From: Dehalococcoidia bacterium
GTDB taxonomy: Bacteria; Chloroflexota; Dehalococcoidia; Plut-88900
NCBI GenBank assembly: GCA_965249275.1
Contig: CBDFLQ010000006.1
Span: forward strand, 448,307 to 512,306
Reading direction: 5' to 3'
Length of the DNA stretch: 64,000 nucleotides
Part shown: positions 9,424-18,814 of the stretch, one piece after another
How positions within the stretch are numbered: position 1 is the first letter of the stretch
Layout: each line of letters begins with the position of its first letter
Program-made: the position numbers and the translations under genes
Notes under the pieces: model-generated
The model's input: only the letters and a program-made list of their open reading frames with translations
Databases searched by the model: none
Told to the model about the DNA's origin: nothing

Positions 9424-11304
9424 ATGACACTCAAGCTTACACTCTCTCGCCTCCTTCCAATTCTTCTCGTCCTAATGTCTACCCTCATACTTGCCGCCTG
9501 CTGGGACGACATCCACCCAACACCAACCGAGCACCCCTCCCCCACCGCCCTTGCACCCACTCCCACCGCCCCGCCCGCCACCCAGACACCCCAGCCCTCC
9601 ATTGTCGATCAACTGAAAATGAACGCCGAGGAGTTTGAATACACTATTGGCAGACATGGCGGCGATCTGACCTTTGCAACCGTCTCCGAGCCCCTCACCT
9701 TCAATCGCGCCATCTCTACTGACTCCTCGTCCTCCGGCGTCCTCGGCTATCTCTTCGAGGGTCTAACCGAGACCTCATGGCTCACTGACGAGGTGGAACC
9801 CGCCTTGGCCGAGTCCTGGACTCACTCCGAGGATGGTCTCACTTGGACCTTCCACCTTCGCAAAGACGTTCAGTGGTACGACGGCGCACCCTTCACCGCC
9901 AACGATGTCGATTTCACCTTCAACCGGATCATCTACAACCCCGACATCCAGGCCAGCAGCCGTCCATCATTCCACTTCCGCTTCTTCGACGAAGAGACCG
10001 GAACTTGGGAAGAAAAGCCGATGACTGTAACGGCTCTCGACGACTACACCGTCCAATGCGTCCTTCCCGCACCCTTCGCTACCTTCCTCCGTTCCATGGG
10101 AACAGCCATCTACCCTATGCACATTCTCGATCCTCACGTCGAGGACGGCACCTTCGCCGACACCTGGGACATCACCGCAGACCCCTCCGAAATCATAGGC
10201 ACCGGCCCATTCACCATCGAAAGTTACGTGCCCGGAGAACGGGTAGTCCTCAAACGTAACCCCAACTACTGGCTCAAGGACGCGGATGGTAACGCCCTCC
10301 CCTACCTGGAACACATCGTCCAGGTCATAGTCCCCGACTTTGATGTCGAGCTTGAGAAGTTCCTGGCCGGGGAGTCGGATACCCACGGCGTCCTAGGGGA
10401 AGAGTTGAGCCGGCTTGCGCCAATGCAAGAAGACGGGAATTTCACCATCTACAAGCGTGGCCCGGCCTTCGGCACTACCTTCCTGACCTTCAACATGAAC
10501 CCCGGCAGCAACCCTGACACCTACGAACCCTATCTGGCATCTCACAAGCTGGATTGGTTCAGCAACAAAGAATTCCGGCAGGCCGTAGCCCACAGTATCG
10601 ACAAAGACGCCATCATCGACGACGTCCAGCACGGTGCTGGCTATCCCCAATGGTCTTCCATAAGTCCTGCCGCGGGTGATTTCCACAACCCCAACGTCCG
10701 CCGCTACGAATACGACATCGACAAAGCCAACGCCATTCTGGATAGTCTTGGCTGGGTTGATACAGACGGGGACGGCACCCGAGAAGACGCCCAAGGCAAC
10801 GAGATAGAGTTCTCCTTCGTCACCAACTCCGGCAACAGCGTGCGCGAACGGGTCGGCGACATCCTGCGCCAGGGCATGGAAGAGATCGGCCTCGGAGTGG
10901 GCTACCAGCTGATCGAGTTTGGTGACCTCGTATCCCAGCTAACCCAGACCTATGAATGGGAAGCCATCCTCATCGGTTTCACAGGCGGCACCGACCCTCA
11001 CTCCGGCATCAGCTTCTGGCACACCGGCGAAAACCTCCACCTCTGGTACCCCAACCAGCCCTCCCCAGCCACAGAATGGGAAGCCGAAATCGACGAGCTC
11101 TACATCATGGCCAGCCGGGAGCTGGACCGGGCTGAACGGATCAAACGCTACCACCGCGCCCAGGAGATCGCCGCCGAGAACGTGCCTGTCATCTACACCA
11201 CCCTCTCCGAGCGCCTTAGCGCCATCCGCAACGTATTCGGCAACGTCACCCCCACACTCTACGGCCTATTTGACACCCGCTACCTCTACCGCACCGACCT
11301 CTAA
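9424..11304 (+). CDS. ABC transporter substrate-binding lipoprotein, family 5 (peptide/nickel, DppA/OppA-like)
   Basis: 626 aa. Signal peptide with lipobox LILAAC followed by a Pro/Thr-rich linker. Body has family-5 SBP hallmarks (WTFHLRKDVQWYDG, VLKRNPNYW). Confidence 0.85.
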   Translation: MTLKLTLSRLLPILLVLMSTLILAACWDDIHPTPTEHPSPTALAPTPTAPPATQTPQPSIVDQLKMNAEEFEYTIGRHGGDLTFATVSEPLTFNRAISTDSSSSGVLGYLFEGLTETSWLTDEVEPALAESWTHSEDGLTWTFHLRKDVQWYDGAPFTANDVDFTFNRIIYNPDIQASSRPSFHFRFFDEETGTWEEKPMTVTALDDYTVQCVLPAPFATFLRSMGTAIYPMHILDPHVEDGTFADTWDITADPSEIIGTGPFTIESYVPGERVVLKRNPNYWLKDADGNALPYLEHIVQVIVPDFDVELEKFLAGESDTHGVLGEELSRLAPMQEDGNFTIYKRGPAFGTTFLTFNMNPGSNPDTYEPYLASHKLDWFSNKEFRQAVAHSIDKDAIIDDVQHGAGYPQWSSISPAAGDFHNPNVRRYEYDIDKANAILDSLGWVDTDGDGTREDAQGNEIEFSFVTNSGNSVRERVGDILRQGMEEIGLGVGYQLIEFGDLVSQLTQTYEWEAILIGFTGGTDPHSGISFWHTGENLHLWYPNQPSPATEWEAEIDELYIMASRELDRAERIKRYHRAQEIAAENVPVIYTTLSERLSAIRNVFGNVTPTLYGLFDTRYLYRTDL

Positions 11305-11417
11305 GCCGCTCCTGCCACCCGCGCACCACCCCAAGGCGGAGATATACCCGCCCCGCAACTATTCACGCAGTCATTGACACCTGTGTGTACAGAACGGTTG
11401 GCGTCGGCCTTACCGGC

Positions 11418-12644
11418 TTACCTCTGGCCTTCGTAGGCCTCTTCTCCATGCTGGGAGATGTCCAGGCCTTCTTCCTCTTGCTTCTCGTCCACCCGGATTC
11501 CTATGGTGTACTTCAGAGCGTAGAGGATCACGATAGTGACTACGAACGCCCAACTGAAGGAGACGCCTATTGCTAGAAGCTGCCTGAGGATCTGCTGCCC
11601 TCTGGAGAGGTCGGTAAACTCGCCTATGCTCATGAAACCTATCCCTATGAACAGACCGACGCACAGCATGCCCCACATCCCCCCCACTCCGTGGATGGCC
11701 CAGACATCCAGAGAGTCATCCAGCTTGACCCGCGTCTTAAACCAGACGGCGGTGTAGCACAGCACTCCGGCCCCCAACCCGATGAGCACCGCGGGCATCG
11801 GCCCCACGAAACCCGCGGCCGGAGTTATAGTCGCCAGTCCCGCCACCGCTCCCGTCGCCGCTCCCACCACGCTTGGCCTGCGGTTTCGCGTCCAGTCCAA
11901 AGCGACCCAGACCACCGCTGCCGTAGCTGCGGATATGTGGGTAACTACAAATGCGGATGTGGCTCTCCCTGCCGCAGCAAGATCGCTGCCGGCATTAAAT
12001 CCGAACCATCCAAACCAGAGCAGTGAAGCCCCAAGCACCACGAACGGCACGTTGTGGGGAGTCATCTCCAGTTTCCCGAGCCCCAGGCGCCGACCGAATA
12101 TCAGCGCCGCCGCTACGGCCGCCGACCCCGAGCTGATGTGCACCACCGCGCCGCCGGCAAAGTCCAATGCCCCCGCACCCCCGAGCCACCCACCTATGCC
12201 CCACATCCAGTGCGCCAGCGGCGAGTACACGATCGTAGACCATGCGATAACAAAGAGAACGAAGGAGCTGAACTTTATGCGCTCGGCGAAGGCCCCCGCT
12301 ATCAGGGCCGGTGTGATGATGGCGAACTTGGCCTGGAAGACCATGAACGCCTGGTGCGGTATCGTGTCCGCGTAGGGTCCGGGCTCCGTCGCCGAGACAC
12401 CCATCAGCCCCACCCATTCCAGGTTCCCAATGAACCCCCCGACACTCGGGCCGAACGCCAGACTGTATCCCCACAGGACCCACGTCAAGCCCACAATGCC
12501 CAGGGCTATGAAGGACTGCATAAGCGTCGCCAGCGCGTTCTTACTGCGGACAAGGCCCGCATAGAAGAACGCCAGTCCGGGAACCATGAAGAATACTAGA
12601 GCCGAAGAGGTCAGGACCCAGGCGGTATCTCCACTATCTATCAT
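11418..12644 (-). CDS. amt: Ammonium transporter (Amt family)
   Basis: 408 aa. N-terminus DTAWVLTSSALVFFMVPGLAFFYAGLVRSKN, plus FAGGAVVHISSG and WAIHGVGGMWG, which are typical Amt signatures. Confidence 0.95.
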   Translation of the reverse strand: MIDSGDTAWVLTSSALVFFMVPGLAFFYAGLVRSKNALATLMQSFIALGIVGLTWVLWGYSLAFGPSVGGFIGNLEWVGLMGVSATEPGPYADTIPHQAFMVFQAKFAIITPALIAGAFAERIKFSSFVLFVIAWSTIVYSPLAHWMWGIGGWLGGAGALDFAGGAVVHISSGSAAVAAALIFGRRLGLGKLEMTPHNVPFVVLGASLLWFGWFGFNAGSDLAAAGRATSAFVVTHISAATAAVVWVALDWTRNRRPSVVGAATGAVAGLATITPAAGFVGPMPAVLIGLGAGVLCYTAVWFKTRVKLDDSLDVWAIHGVGGMWGMLCVGLFIGIGFMSIGEFTDLSRGQQILRQLLAIGVSFSWAFVVTIVILYALKYTIGIRVDEKQEEEGLDISQHGEEAYEGQR

Positions 12645-12811
12645 TACCCGTCACCATCCCTTTCAGAGGCCAACTCCGAGCACCCTGGTTTTCCTCGGCC
12701 GATTATATCATTGCGAGGATAAGGAGTCTGCCTGAGTTTCTATGCAGAACAACTACGGAATCTACACAGGTCCCTATGATCCCGTTCATATAGAGGGGTG
12801 ACATCAACCCC

Positions 12812-12840
12812 TTGACTGCTTAAGACATTTGTTCTATTAT
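12812..12840 (+). promoter_or_regulatory. Sigma70-type promoter of noncoding element copy A (TTGACT-17 nt-TATTAT)
   Basis: TTGACT at 12812-12817, TATTAT at 12835-12840. The -35 and the 14 nt upstream of it (GTGACAYSAACCCC) are conserved in copy B. Confidence 0.55.
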
Positions 12841-12846
12841 TGGGCT

Positions 12847-13510
12847 GGTCTAGACCCGACACCCACCTTAAGGAGGTACCAAAAACTAGGGAAGCCCACC
12901 CGGCCCACCCGAGGACTCAACGCCCAAGCCCATCCCAACGGCCCATACACGGGGCCCGCGGCACAAGCGAAAGTCGCCATCTCCTCATCCCACCGGGTCT
13001 CGTGTCCCCTTCCCTGACCACCCAGGCGATGGAGGGTCCATCGACTCTACGCGGCACGCCCCCTTCCAGGGGCCCCTGCCGAATCGGTGCCCCCTATCAA
13101 GGGAGCGCCTATGCGCCGGCATCTACTTTGCCGGCGAAGCTAAACGGCCCGGCGTTACCGGGATTAGGGCCATCAAGCCCCTACGCGGCTCCACCGTCGT
13201 CACCATCGGCGAACTCCATTCCGCCCATGACGACTTCGAGCCGAATGCTGTCCCGCACAGCGGTCGAGCGCTGATGCGGGACGGATTGCCCCACCCAGGG
13301 ACGCCCTCGACACCGGCAAGTCCCCAAAGGCATGCGTGGGGATACGGCAGGACAGCCGCCGATGTGATAGATCCGCTGTGGTGGACCACAAGCGTCGGCG
13401 TAGGTGCCATAGTCATCCTTCATCAGAGTCCCGGACCTTCCATCGCCTTCCCCTCACCACTAGACAGAACCGAAACCCCACAATCGAAGATCCGCCTCTG
13501 GAGGACTGAA
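12847..13510 (+). ncRNA. Candidate large structured noncoding RNA, copy A (no family assigned)
   Basis: About 664 nt with no credible ORF. Block-wise homology to 51813-52474 without frame conservation. Long-range helix 13024-13039 / 13433-13448. Hairpin 12940-12956. The ends are estimates. Confidence 0.5.
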
Positions 13511-13682
13511 GAAAACGCCAGTGTGTCACTAATCTACCGAACGAGTACAGCCTATTGATATGCCCCGTACAAACCGGTATCTTTCATTGGATTCGCCAAC
13601 AGTCGGTATGGTCGGCGGAGGACCAACCGGCAGCTGGCAAGCCCGGCGCACCACCGATTTCAACGGGATGTCATAAGCACAA

Positions 13683-15350
13683 GTGCGCTTTAACTTAAAC
13701 TACGACATTCAAACCCTGCGCGGCGACCTCTTCGGAGGAGTCACCGCCGCCGTCGTCGGATTGCCCGTGGCCCTTGCCTTTGGGGTCGCATCGGGCCTCG
13801 GAGCCATCGCCGGTCTATACGGTGCCATCGCCGTCGGTTTCTTCGCCTCTGTTTTTGGCGGCACCAAGTCTCAGATATCCGGCCCCACCGGACCCATGGC
13901 TGTGGCCATGGCCGTCATAGTCACTACCCACTCCGATACCCTCGCCGAAGCATTCACCGTAGTCGTGATGGCAGGGGTCATTCAGATACTACTGGGTGTT
14001 CTGCGAATAGGGCGTTTTGTAGCCTACACGCCCTATTCGGTTATTTCCGGGTTCATGTCCGGCATTGGCATCATCATCATAATCCTGCAGATACTCCCCT
14101 TCCTCGGCGCAGACACATTAACAGGCGGTCCTAGAAGCGCTATCCGAGCCATACCCGACGCTATCCAAGCCTTCAACTCTAATTCTTTCGTCATCGCCAT
14201 CGTTACCCTTGCCGTAGGAGTATTATGGCCCCGCCAACTGAGAAGGTACCTCCCGCCTACCCTCGCTGCCCTCATTGTCGGCACAATCATCGGCGTCCTA
14301 TGGCTGACCGATACTCCAGTGATCGGTGAGGTTCCGTCCGGCCTCCCCGAATTTCAGATCCCGGTATTCGACGCCGGTCTGCTGGCCAGCGCCATTCAGC
14401 CTGCCCTTATCCTTGCCCTTCTCGGCTCCATAGACAGTCTGCTTACCTCCCTGATCGCCGACTCCATTACTCGAACCCAGCACAGCCCCAACCGTGAGCT
14501 GGTGGGACAAGGCATAGGAAACGCTATTGCGGGTCTGATAGGCGGCCTGCCCGGTGCGGGTGCTACCCTGGGTACAGTGGTCAACATCCGGGCGGGCGGC
14601 AGGTCTCGACTTTCCGGAGTATTGCGAGCGGCCATCCTACTTGCCTTGGTTCTCGGCCTCGGGAGATACGTCGAATCAATCCCTCACGCAGTCTTGGCCG
14701 GTATCCTCATGAAGGTCGGCTGGGACATAATTGATTGGCGTTTCCTCACCCGAATTCTCAAAGTCCAGAAAGAGCACCTCCTGGTGATGGTGATCACTCT
14801 CGCACTCACCGTTTTCCTTGACCTCGTCACCGCCGTGGCCATAGGTCTGATTGCTGCCGGTATGGCCGGCGCCCGTCAGTTCGAACGCTTCGAGCTGGAT
14901 CGGGTAATATCCACTCCGCTGCTGGACATCAGTTTCCTCGGTACGGAACCCGATAGCAAAGGCGATGAAGAAGTGGATCCTTTTTCTGCACGCGTCGGCC
15001 TCGTAGCCCTCAGGGGCACCTTCTCCGTTGCGTCGTCTAATAAGTTGGTCAGCACAATTAGCGCCGACATCCGAGACCACGAAGTAGTTATCTTCGACTT
15101 TTCCGATACCGAATATATAGACGACAGCGCTTCCCTTGTCGTCGAGTATATGATCGACGTCGCCTATGATCAGGATACCGACTGTATCGTGATGGGGCTC
15201 AAGGGGGCCCCCGCCACTAGCCTTCGCGCCCTTAACGTTCTGAAACGCGTCCCCTCGGAACGCTATGTCGATAACCTCGACGGCGCGCGGGAAACCGCAA
15301 AGCAAATCCTTCGGGAGAGAGAAAGCCGAACCATAGCCGCCCAAGCGTAA
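13683..15350 (+). CDS. SulP-family anion transporter with C-terminal STAS domain
   Basis: 555 aa with a GTG start. N-terminus LRGDLFGGVTAAVVGLPVALAFGVASG and SQISGPTGPMAV are SulP signatures. The soluble C-terminal part of about 120 aa looks like a STAS domain. Confidence 0.9.
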   Translation: MRFNLNYDIQTLRGDLFGGVTAAVVGLPVALAFGVASGLGAIAGLYGAIAVGFFASVFGGTKSQISGPTGPMAVAMAVIVTTHSDTLAEAFTVVVMAGVIQILLGVLRIGRFVAYTPYSVISGFMSGIGIIIIILQILPFLGADTLTGGPRSAIRAIPDAIQAFNSNSFVIAIVTLAVGVLWPRQLRRYLPPTLAALIVGTIIGVLWLTDTPVIGEVPSGLPEFQIPVFDAGLLASAIQPALILALLGSIDSLLTSLIADSITRTQHSPNRELVGQGIGNAIAGLIGGLPGAGATLGTVVNIRAGGRSRLSGVLRAAILLALVLGLGRYVESIPHAVLAGILMKVGWDIIDWRFLTRILKVQKEHLLVMVITLALTVFLDLVTAVAIGLIAAGMAGARQFERFELDRVISTPLLDISFLGTEPDSKGDEEVDPFSARVGLVALRGTFSVASSNKLVSTISADIRDHEVVIFDFSDTEYIDDSASLVVEYMIDVAYDQDTDCIVMGLKGAPATSLRALNVLKRVPSERYVDNLDGARETAKQILRERESRTIAAQA

Positions 15351-15485
15351 ACGTGTTCAACAGGGCTGCATCGCCGTCACTGCAGGGCTGGTCCTCGCCT
15401 TCCCGCAGATAGCCCTTTGGCTCCCCAACTTAATCTACAGGACGAGATGACCCTTCCTCTCTGTATAACGTGTGTACCCTGGGGT

Positions 15486-15549
15486 GGGGCCGCTCGTGCT
15501 GTCGAAGATCCGCCGAGGCGGTAGCCCATCGAATTATGAGCGGTTGGGG
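15486..15549 (+). repeat. Intergenic hairpin repeat, module A (long variant with inner CCGCC-GA-GGCGG hairpin)
   Basis: GGGGCCGCTCGTGCTG...TATGAGCGG, where CCGCTC pairs with GAGCGG. Related copies lie at 18815, 29401 and 43640. Confidence 0.7.
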
Positions 15550-15564
15550 CAAGGGTAACTCCCC

Positions 15565-16443
15565 CTAACCAGAGCCGGGTATCGACTCCATCCGCACCTC
15601 AACCTCCAGCCTTGTATCCCCACCTCCGTGGAATATCCCCCGAGTCGGGGCAACGTCGTGATAGTCCCGGCCCACCGCAACTCGCACGTGTTGTTGGCCG
15701 ACAATCCAGTTGTTCGTCGGGTCGAATCCCACCCACCCCAGCCCCGGGAGTCTGCATTCCACCCAGGCATGTCCTGCCGCTGCCGGAATCGGCTGGCCCA
15801 CATCATCCTCCACGTACAGATAGCCTGATACGTAGCGGGACGGCACACCCCATGAGCGCGCAATCGATATCATCACGTGCGCATAGTCCTGGCAGACTCC
15901 CTTCCCAGATTCGAGGATATACTCGATTGGAGACACCGCCGAAGTACTGCCCGGCACGTACTGAAAAGCCTCATACAATGTCTCGGAAAGACATACCAAC
16001 GCGCTGAGCGGGTCCCCCTCAGGCTTGTCCATCCCGCGCCCCGACACGAAATCATCGAGCGCGGTTGAAGGCCGGGCAAACCGGCTTGGATGCATGAAGC
16101 CCCAATACTCCACAGAGTCCCTCCACGTTTCAATCTCGGCCCACGTTTCAGGCACCAGAGATTCCGGCACGGGCGCTTTAGGGCTTTGCTCCACCGTGGA
16201 TAACGCCGTGATCTCCAACAACTCGTGAGGCTGGTGGATGATCAGGAAGTGCTTTGTATTTCCGAAATAGTCGCTTTCGGAGGTTAAGGATATGGCGGGA
16301 ATGGTCTCTATCTCGAAGCTCAGCAGCGATTGACCATCTTCTTCGCGAGGCCTGAAGCAGAGGGTCATCGCAGACTTGCTCACCGGCGACGAATAGAAAT
16401 ACCGAGACGTGTGCTGGATTCGGTAGCGCCGTGGTCCTGGCAT
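15565..16443 (-). CDS. Transglutaminase-like family protein (N-terminal Bact_transglu_N-type region plus Cys-His-Asp core)
   Basis: 292 aa. GVCQDYAHVMISIARSWGVPSRYVSGY, GHAWVE and GFDPTN motifs. Confidence 0.85.
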   Translation of the reverse strand: MPGPRRYRIQHTSRYFYSSPVSKSAMTLCFRPREEDGQSLLSFEIETIPAISLTSESDYFGNTKHFLIIHQPHELLEITALSTVEQSPKAPVPESLVPETWAEIETWRDSVEYWGFMHPSRFARPSTALDDFVSGRGMDKPEGDPLSALVCLSETLYEAFQYVPGSTSAVSPIEYILESGKGVCQDYAHVMISIARSWGVPSRYVSGYLYVEDDVGQPIPAAAGHAWVECRLPGLGWVGFDPTNNWIVGQQHVRVAVGRDYHDVAPTRGIFHGGGDTRLEVEVRMESIPGSG

Positions 16444-16468
16444 TCCGTCGAAAGTCCGCTCCGCCTAA

Positions 16469-17533
16469 CTAGCCCGAAAACGCCGGCAGCACTTCCTTGA
16501 CCATCAGGTCTGCCGCCAACTTCTTCTCTCCTTCGACTTCGTCCACCGTCGGCCCGAGCACAACTATCCTGTCTATACCCAGGTCTAAAATCTCTTGGAT
16601 TCGCCTGATGCACGTCTCTGGAGGCCCGACTATCGCAAATCGGTCCACAAACTCCGCGGGGGGAGCATCCGGAGTGGTGTGGTCCCGCATGTTGAAAGAC
16701 TTATGCATCCCCGTCAGGACTTCCTGCTCCATCTGGGTAACCGGCCCGTACGTCTTCCCGTGCATCACGGAAAATCGGGCAAACGTGTCCAAGAACGTTA
16801 TCAACTCCCTCGCCACTTCCACTTCGGGATGACAGACAATATTTAGGTAAGCTCCGTATCGGATTCCGTCCGGGTCCAGCCCCGCCTCCCGACGCGCCGC
16901 TCGGGCCTGTTCCAGCCCCCACTTCAGCCTTCCTATGTCCGCCCCCAGGGCAAATGTGACAATGTCGGCATGTCTCGCCGCCGCCCCGATTACTTTTGGT
17001 CCGGACGCTGCGACGGCCACCGGTACTTTCTTGTCTTTGGGGTCGAGCCACTTGAGGCTGCTGTCATCAGGCGCGTCCGCCAGTTTGAGGGTATCGACAT
17101 GGGGCGCCATTCCTCGCCACTGTGTAAGCTCCTCAAAGGCCACGCTTCCCCCGCTGAGATAGGCTTGCAGGGCCTTCAGGTAATTCTCGAAGAAGTTGGA
17201 GTACACGGGTGCGTGTCCTACGAACGCCAGTGCTGAGTCTCCTCGCCCGATACCCAGCACCGCCCGACCCTCAGATGCCTCCTGAACGCTCGCAATCGCC
17301 CCCGCAGTCACCGCCGGGTGTCGGGTCAGCGGATTGGTAACATCCGTGCTCAGCTCTACCCGTTCAGTCGCAGCCGCAGCCAGCGCCATCGAGACGTATG
17401 TGTCCCCTCCCAAGTTCTGGGAATCGAAAAACCCGATACCGTGCCAGCCTGCCTCCTCCACACGTTTGGCATAGTCCACAGCTCGCCGAGTATTTGGGCT
17501 AACGGCCGTCAATATTTCTACTTTGTTATTCAT
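16469..17533 (-). CDS. LLM-class (luciferase-like) F420/flavin-dependent oxidoreductase, tandem copy 1
   Basis: 354 aa with a TIM-barrel LLM pattern (GWHGIGFFDSQN, GRAVLGIGRGDS). About 70% identical to the next gene. Confidence 0.8.
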   Translation of the reverse strand: MNNKVEILTAVSPNTRRAVDYAKRVEEAGWHGIGFFDSQNLGGDTYVSMALAAAATERVELSTDVTNPLTRHPAVTAGAIASVQEASEGRAVLGIGRGDSALAFVGHAPVYSNFFENYLKALQAYLSGGSVAFEELTQWRGMAPHVDTLKLADAPDDSSLKWLDPKDKKVPVAVAASGPKVIGAAARHADIVTFALGADIGRLKWGLEQARAARREAGLDPDGIRYGAYLNIVCHPEVEVARELITFLDTFARFSVMHGKTYGPVTQMEQEVLTGMHKSFNMRDHTTPDAPPAEFVDRFAIVGPPETCIRRIQEILDLGIDRIVVLGPTVDEVEGEKKLAADLMVKEVLPAFSG

Positions 17534-17590
17534 AACATCCCGATTCTACCCCATCCTGTCCACCGCCCTCCCAAGACTTGAAACAAGGCA

Positions 17591-17668
17591 CATCGCCGAA
17601 CCGCTTACCGGAGAGGAATAGAAGTAACGGGAAATGTGTTGAATCCGATATCAGACAGAGTCTGTCAT
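17591..17668 (-). pseudogene. 26-codon stub of a second transglutaminase-like gene (ATG, in-frame TGA at codon 6, then YRIQHISRYFYSSPVSGSAM)
   Basis: Aligns codon-for-codon with 16366-16443, the N-terminus of the intact gene. It lies 27 nt after the LLM copy 2 stop, against 25 nt for the intact pair. Homology ends at codon 26. Confidence 0.8.
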
Positions 17669-17695
17669 ACAGCCGGGCCCTGCGCCCGGTCTGTC

Positions 17696-18769
17696 CTAAC
17701 CCGAAAACGCCGGAAGCACTTCCTTGACCATCAGGTCTGCCGCTATTTTCGCCTCATCCTCCACCGCGTCAACCGTCGGCCCATTAACTACGATCCTGTC
17801 GATACCCAGGTCGATAACCTCCCGGATTCGCCTGATGCATTCCTCCGGTGGCCCGACTATCGCGAAACGGTCCACGAACCCCGCAGGCCGCGCGATGCTC
17901 GAACTGTGTTCGCTCATATTGAACATCTTGAAGCCCTTGTGCAGACCCTTAAGCACTTCTTGGTCCTGCTTGGTCACGGGCCCATAAGTCTTGCCATGCA
18001 TTACCGAAAAGCGGGCAGTCCCGTCCAGGTGGGGATATAACTTCCTCCCCACTTCCACGTCGGGATGACAAACAACAACTAGATAAGCTCCATATCGGAT
18101 GCCGTCAGGGTCTAGTCCAGCTTCCTCTCGGGCATCACGAGCCTGTTCCATCCCCCACTTGAACCTGTCAGGTTCGGCTCCCAGCGCTAACATCACTATG
18201 TCGGCGTGGCGGGCCGCAGTTGCGATCACCTTAGGCCCGCTGGCCGCAACGGCTACGGGCGCCTTTTTGTCCTCCGGTTCCAACCATATCATGCGGCTGT
18301 CTTGCGGAGCCTCCGCCAGATTTAAGGTGTCCACGTGCGGCGCCATCCCCTTGCCGAAGGTTAGATCGTCGAATGGCACTCCTTCTCCCCTTAGGTAGGC
18401 CTGCAGAGCTTCGAGGTACCTCTCGAAGAAACTGGTGTACACCGGCGCATGGCCCACGTACGCCAGCGCCGAGTCCCCGCGCCCGATCCCGAGGACCGCA
18501 CGCCCACCCGACACTTGCTGCACACTCGCGATTGCACCCGCAGTAACCGCCGGGTGTCGAGTCAAAGGATTGGTGACATCTAAACTTATCCCTATTCTCT
18601 CCGTCGCCATCGCGGCGATGGTCATCCCCACATAGCTGTCGGCAGTAAGGTTCTGAGAATCATATACGGATATGCCGTCCCAACCGGCTTGCTCGACCTT
18701 CCGGGCATACTCGGCAATCGGCCTCACCTCCGGCCCGACCGCCGTCAACATTTCAACTTTGCTACCCAT
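17696..18769 (-). CDS. LLM-class F420/flavin-dependent oxidoreductase, tandem copy 2
   Basis: The ORF is open to a GTG at 18799, but the ATG at 18769 (MGSKVEMLTAV) aligns with the copy 1 start (MNNKVEILTAV). Confidence 0.8.
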   Translation of the reverse strand: MGSKVEMLTAVGPEVRPIAEYARKVEQAGWDGISVYDSQNLTADSYVGMTIAAMATERIGISLDVTNPLTRHPAVTAGAIASVQQVSGGRAVLGIGRGDSALAYVGHAPVYTSFFERYLEALQAYLRGEGVPFDDLTFGKGMAPHVDTLNLAEAPQDSRMIWLEPEDKKAPVAVAASGPKVIATAARHADIVMLALGAEPDRFKWGMEQARDAREEAGLDPDGIRYGAYLVVVCHPDVEVGRKLYPHLDGTARFSVMHGKTYGPVTKQDQEVLKGLHKGFKMFNMSEHSSSIARPAGFVDRFAIVGPPEECIRRIREVIDLGIDRIVVNGPTVDAVEDEAKIAADLMVKEVLPAFSG

Positions 18770-18814
18770 CTCACCCCGATTATACCCTTTAATGTTCACG
18801 CCGAACCGGGTCCT

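Noticed and set aside
12645-12811. Glutamine (glnA-type) riboswitch in the amt leader
   Set aside because: The leader has a simple hairpin but none of the conserved glnA-motif sequence that I recall.
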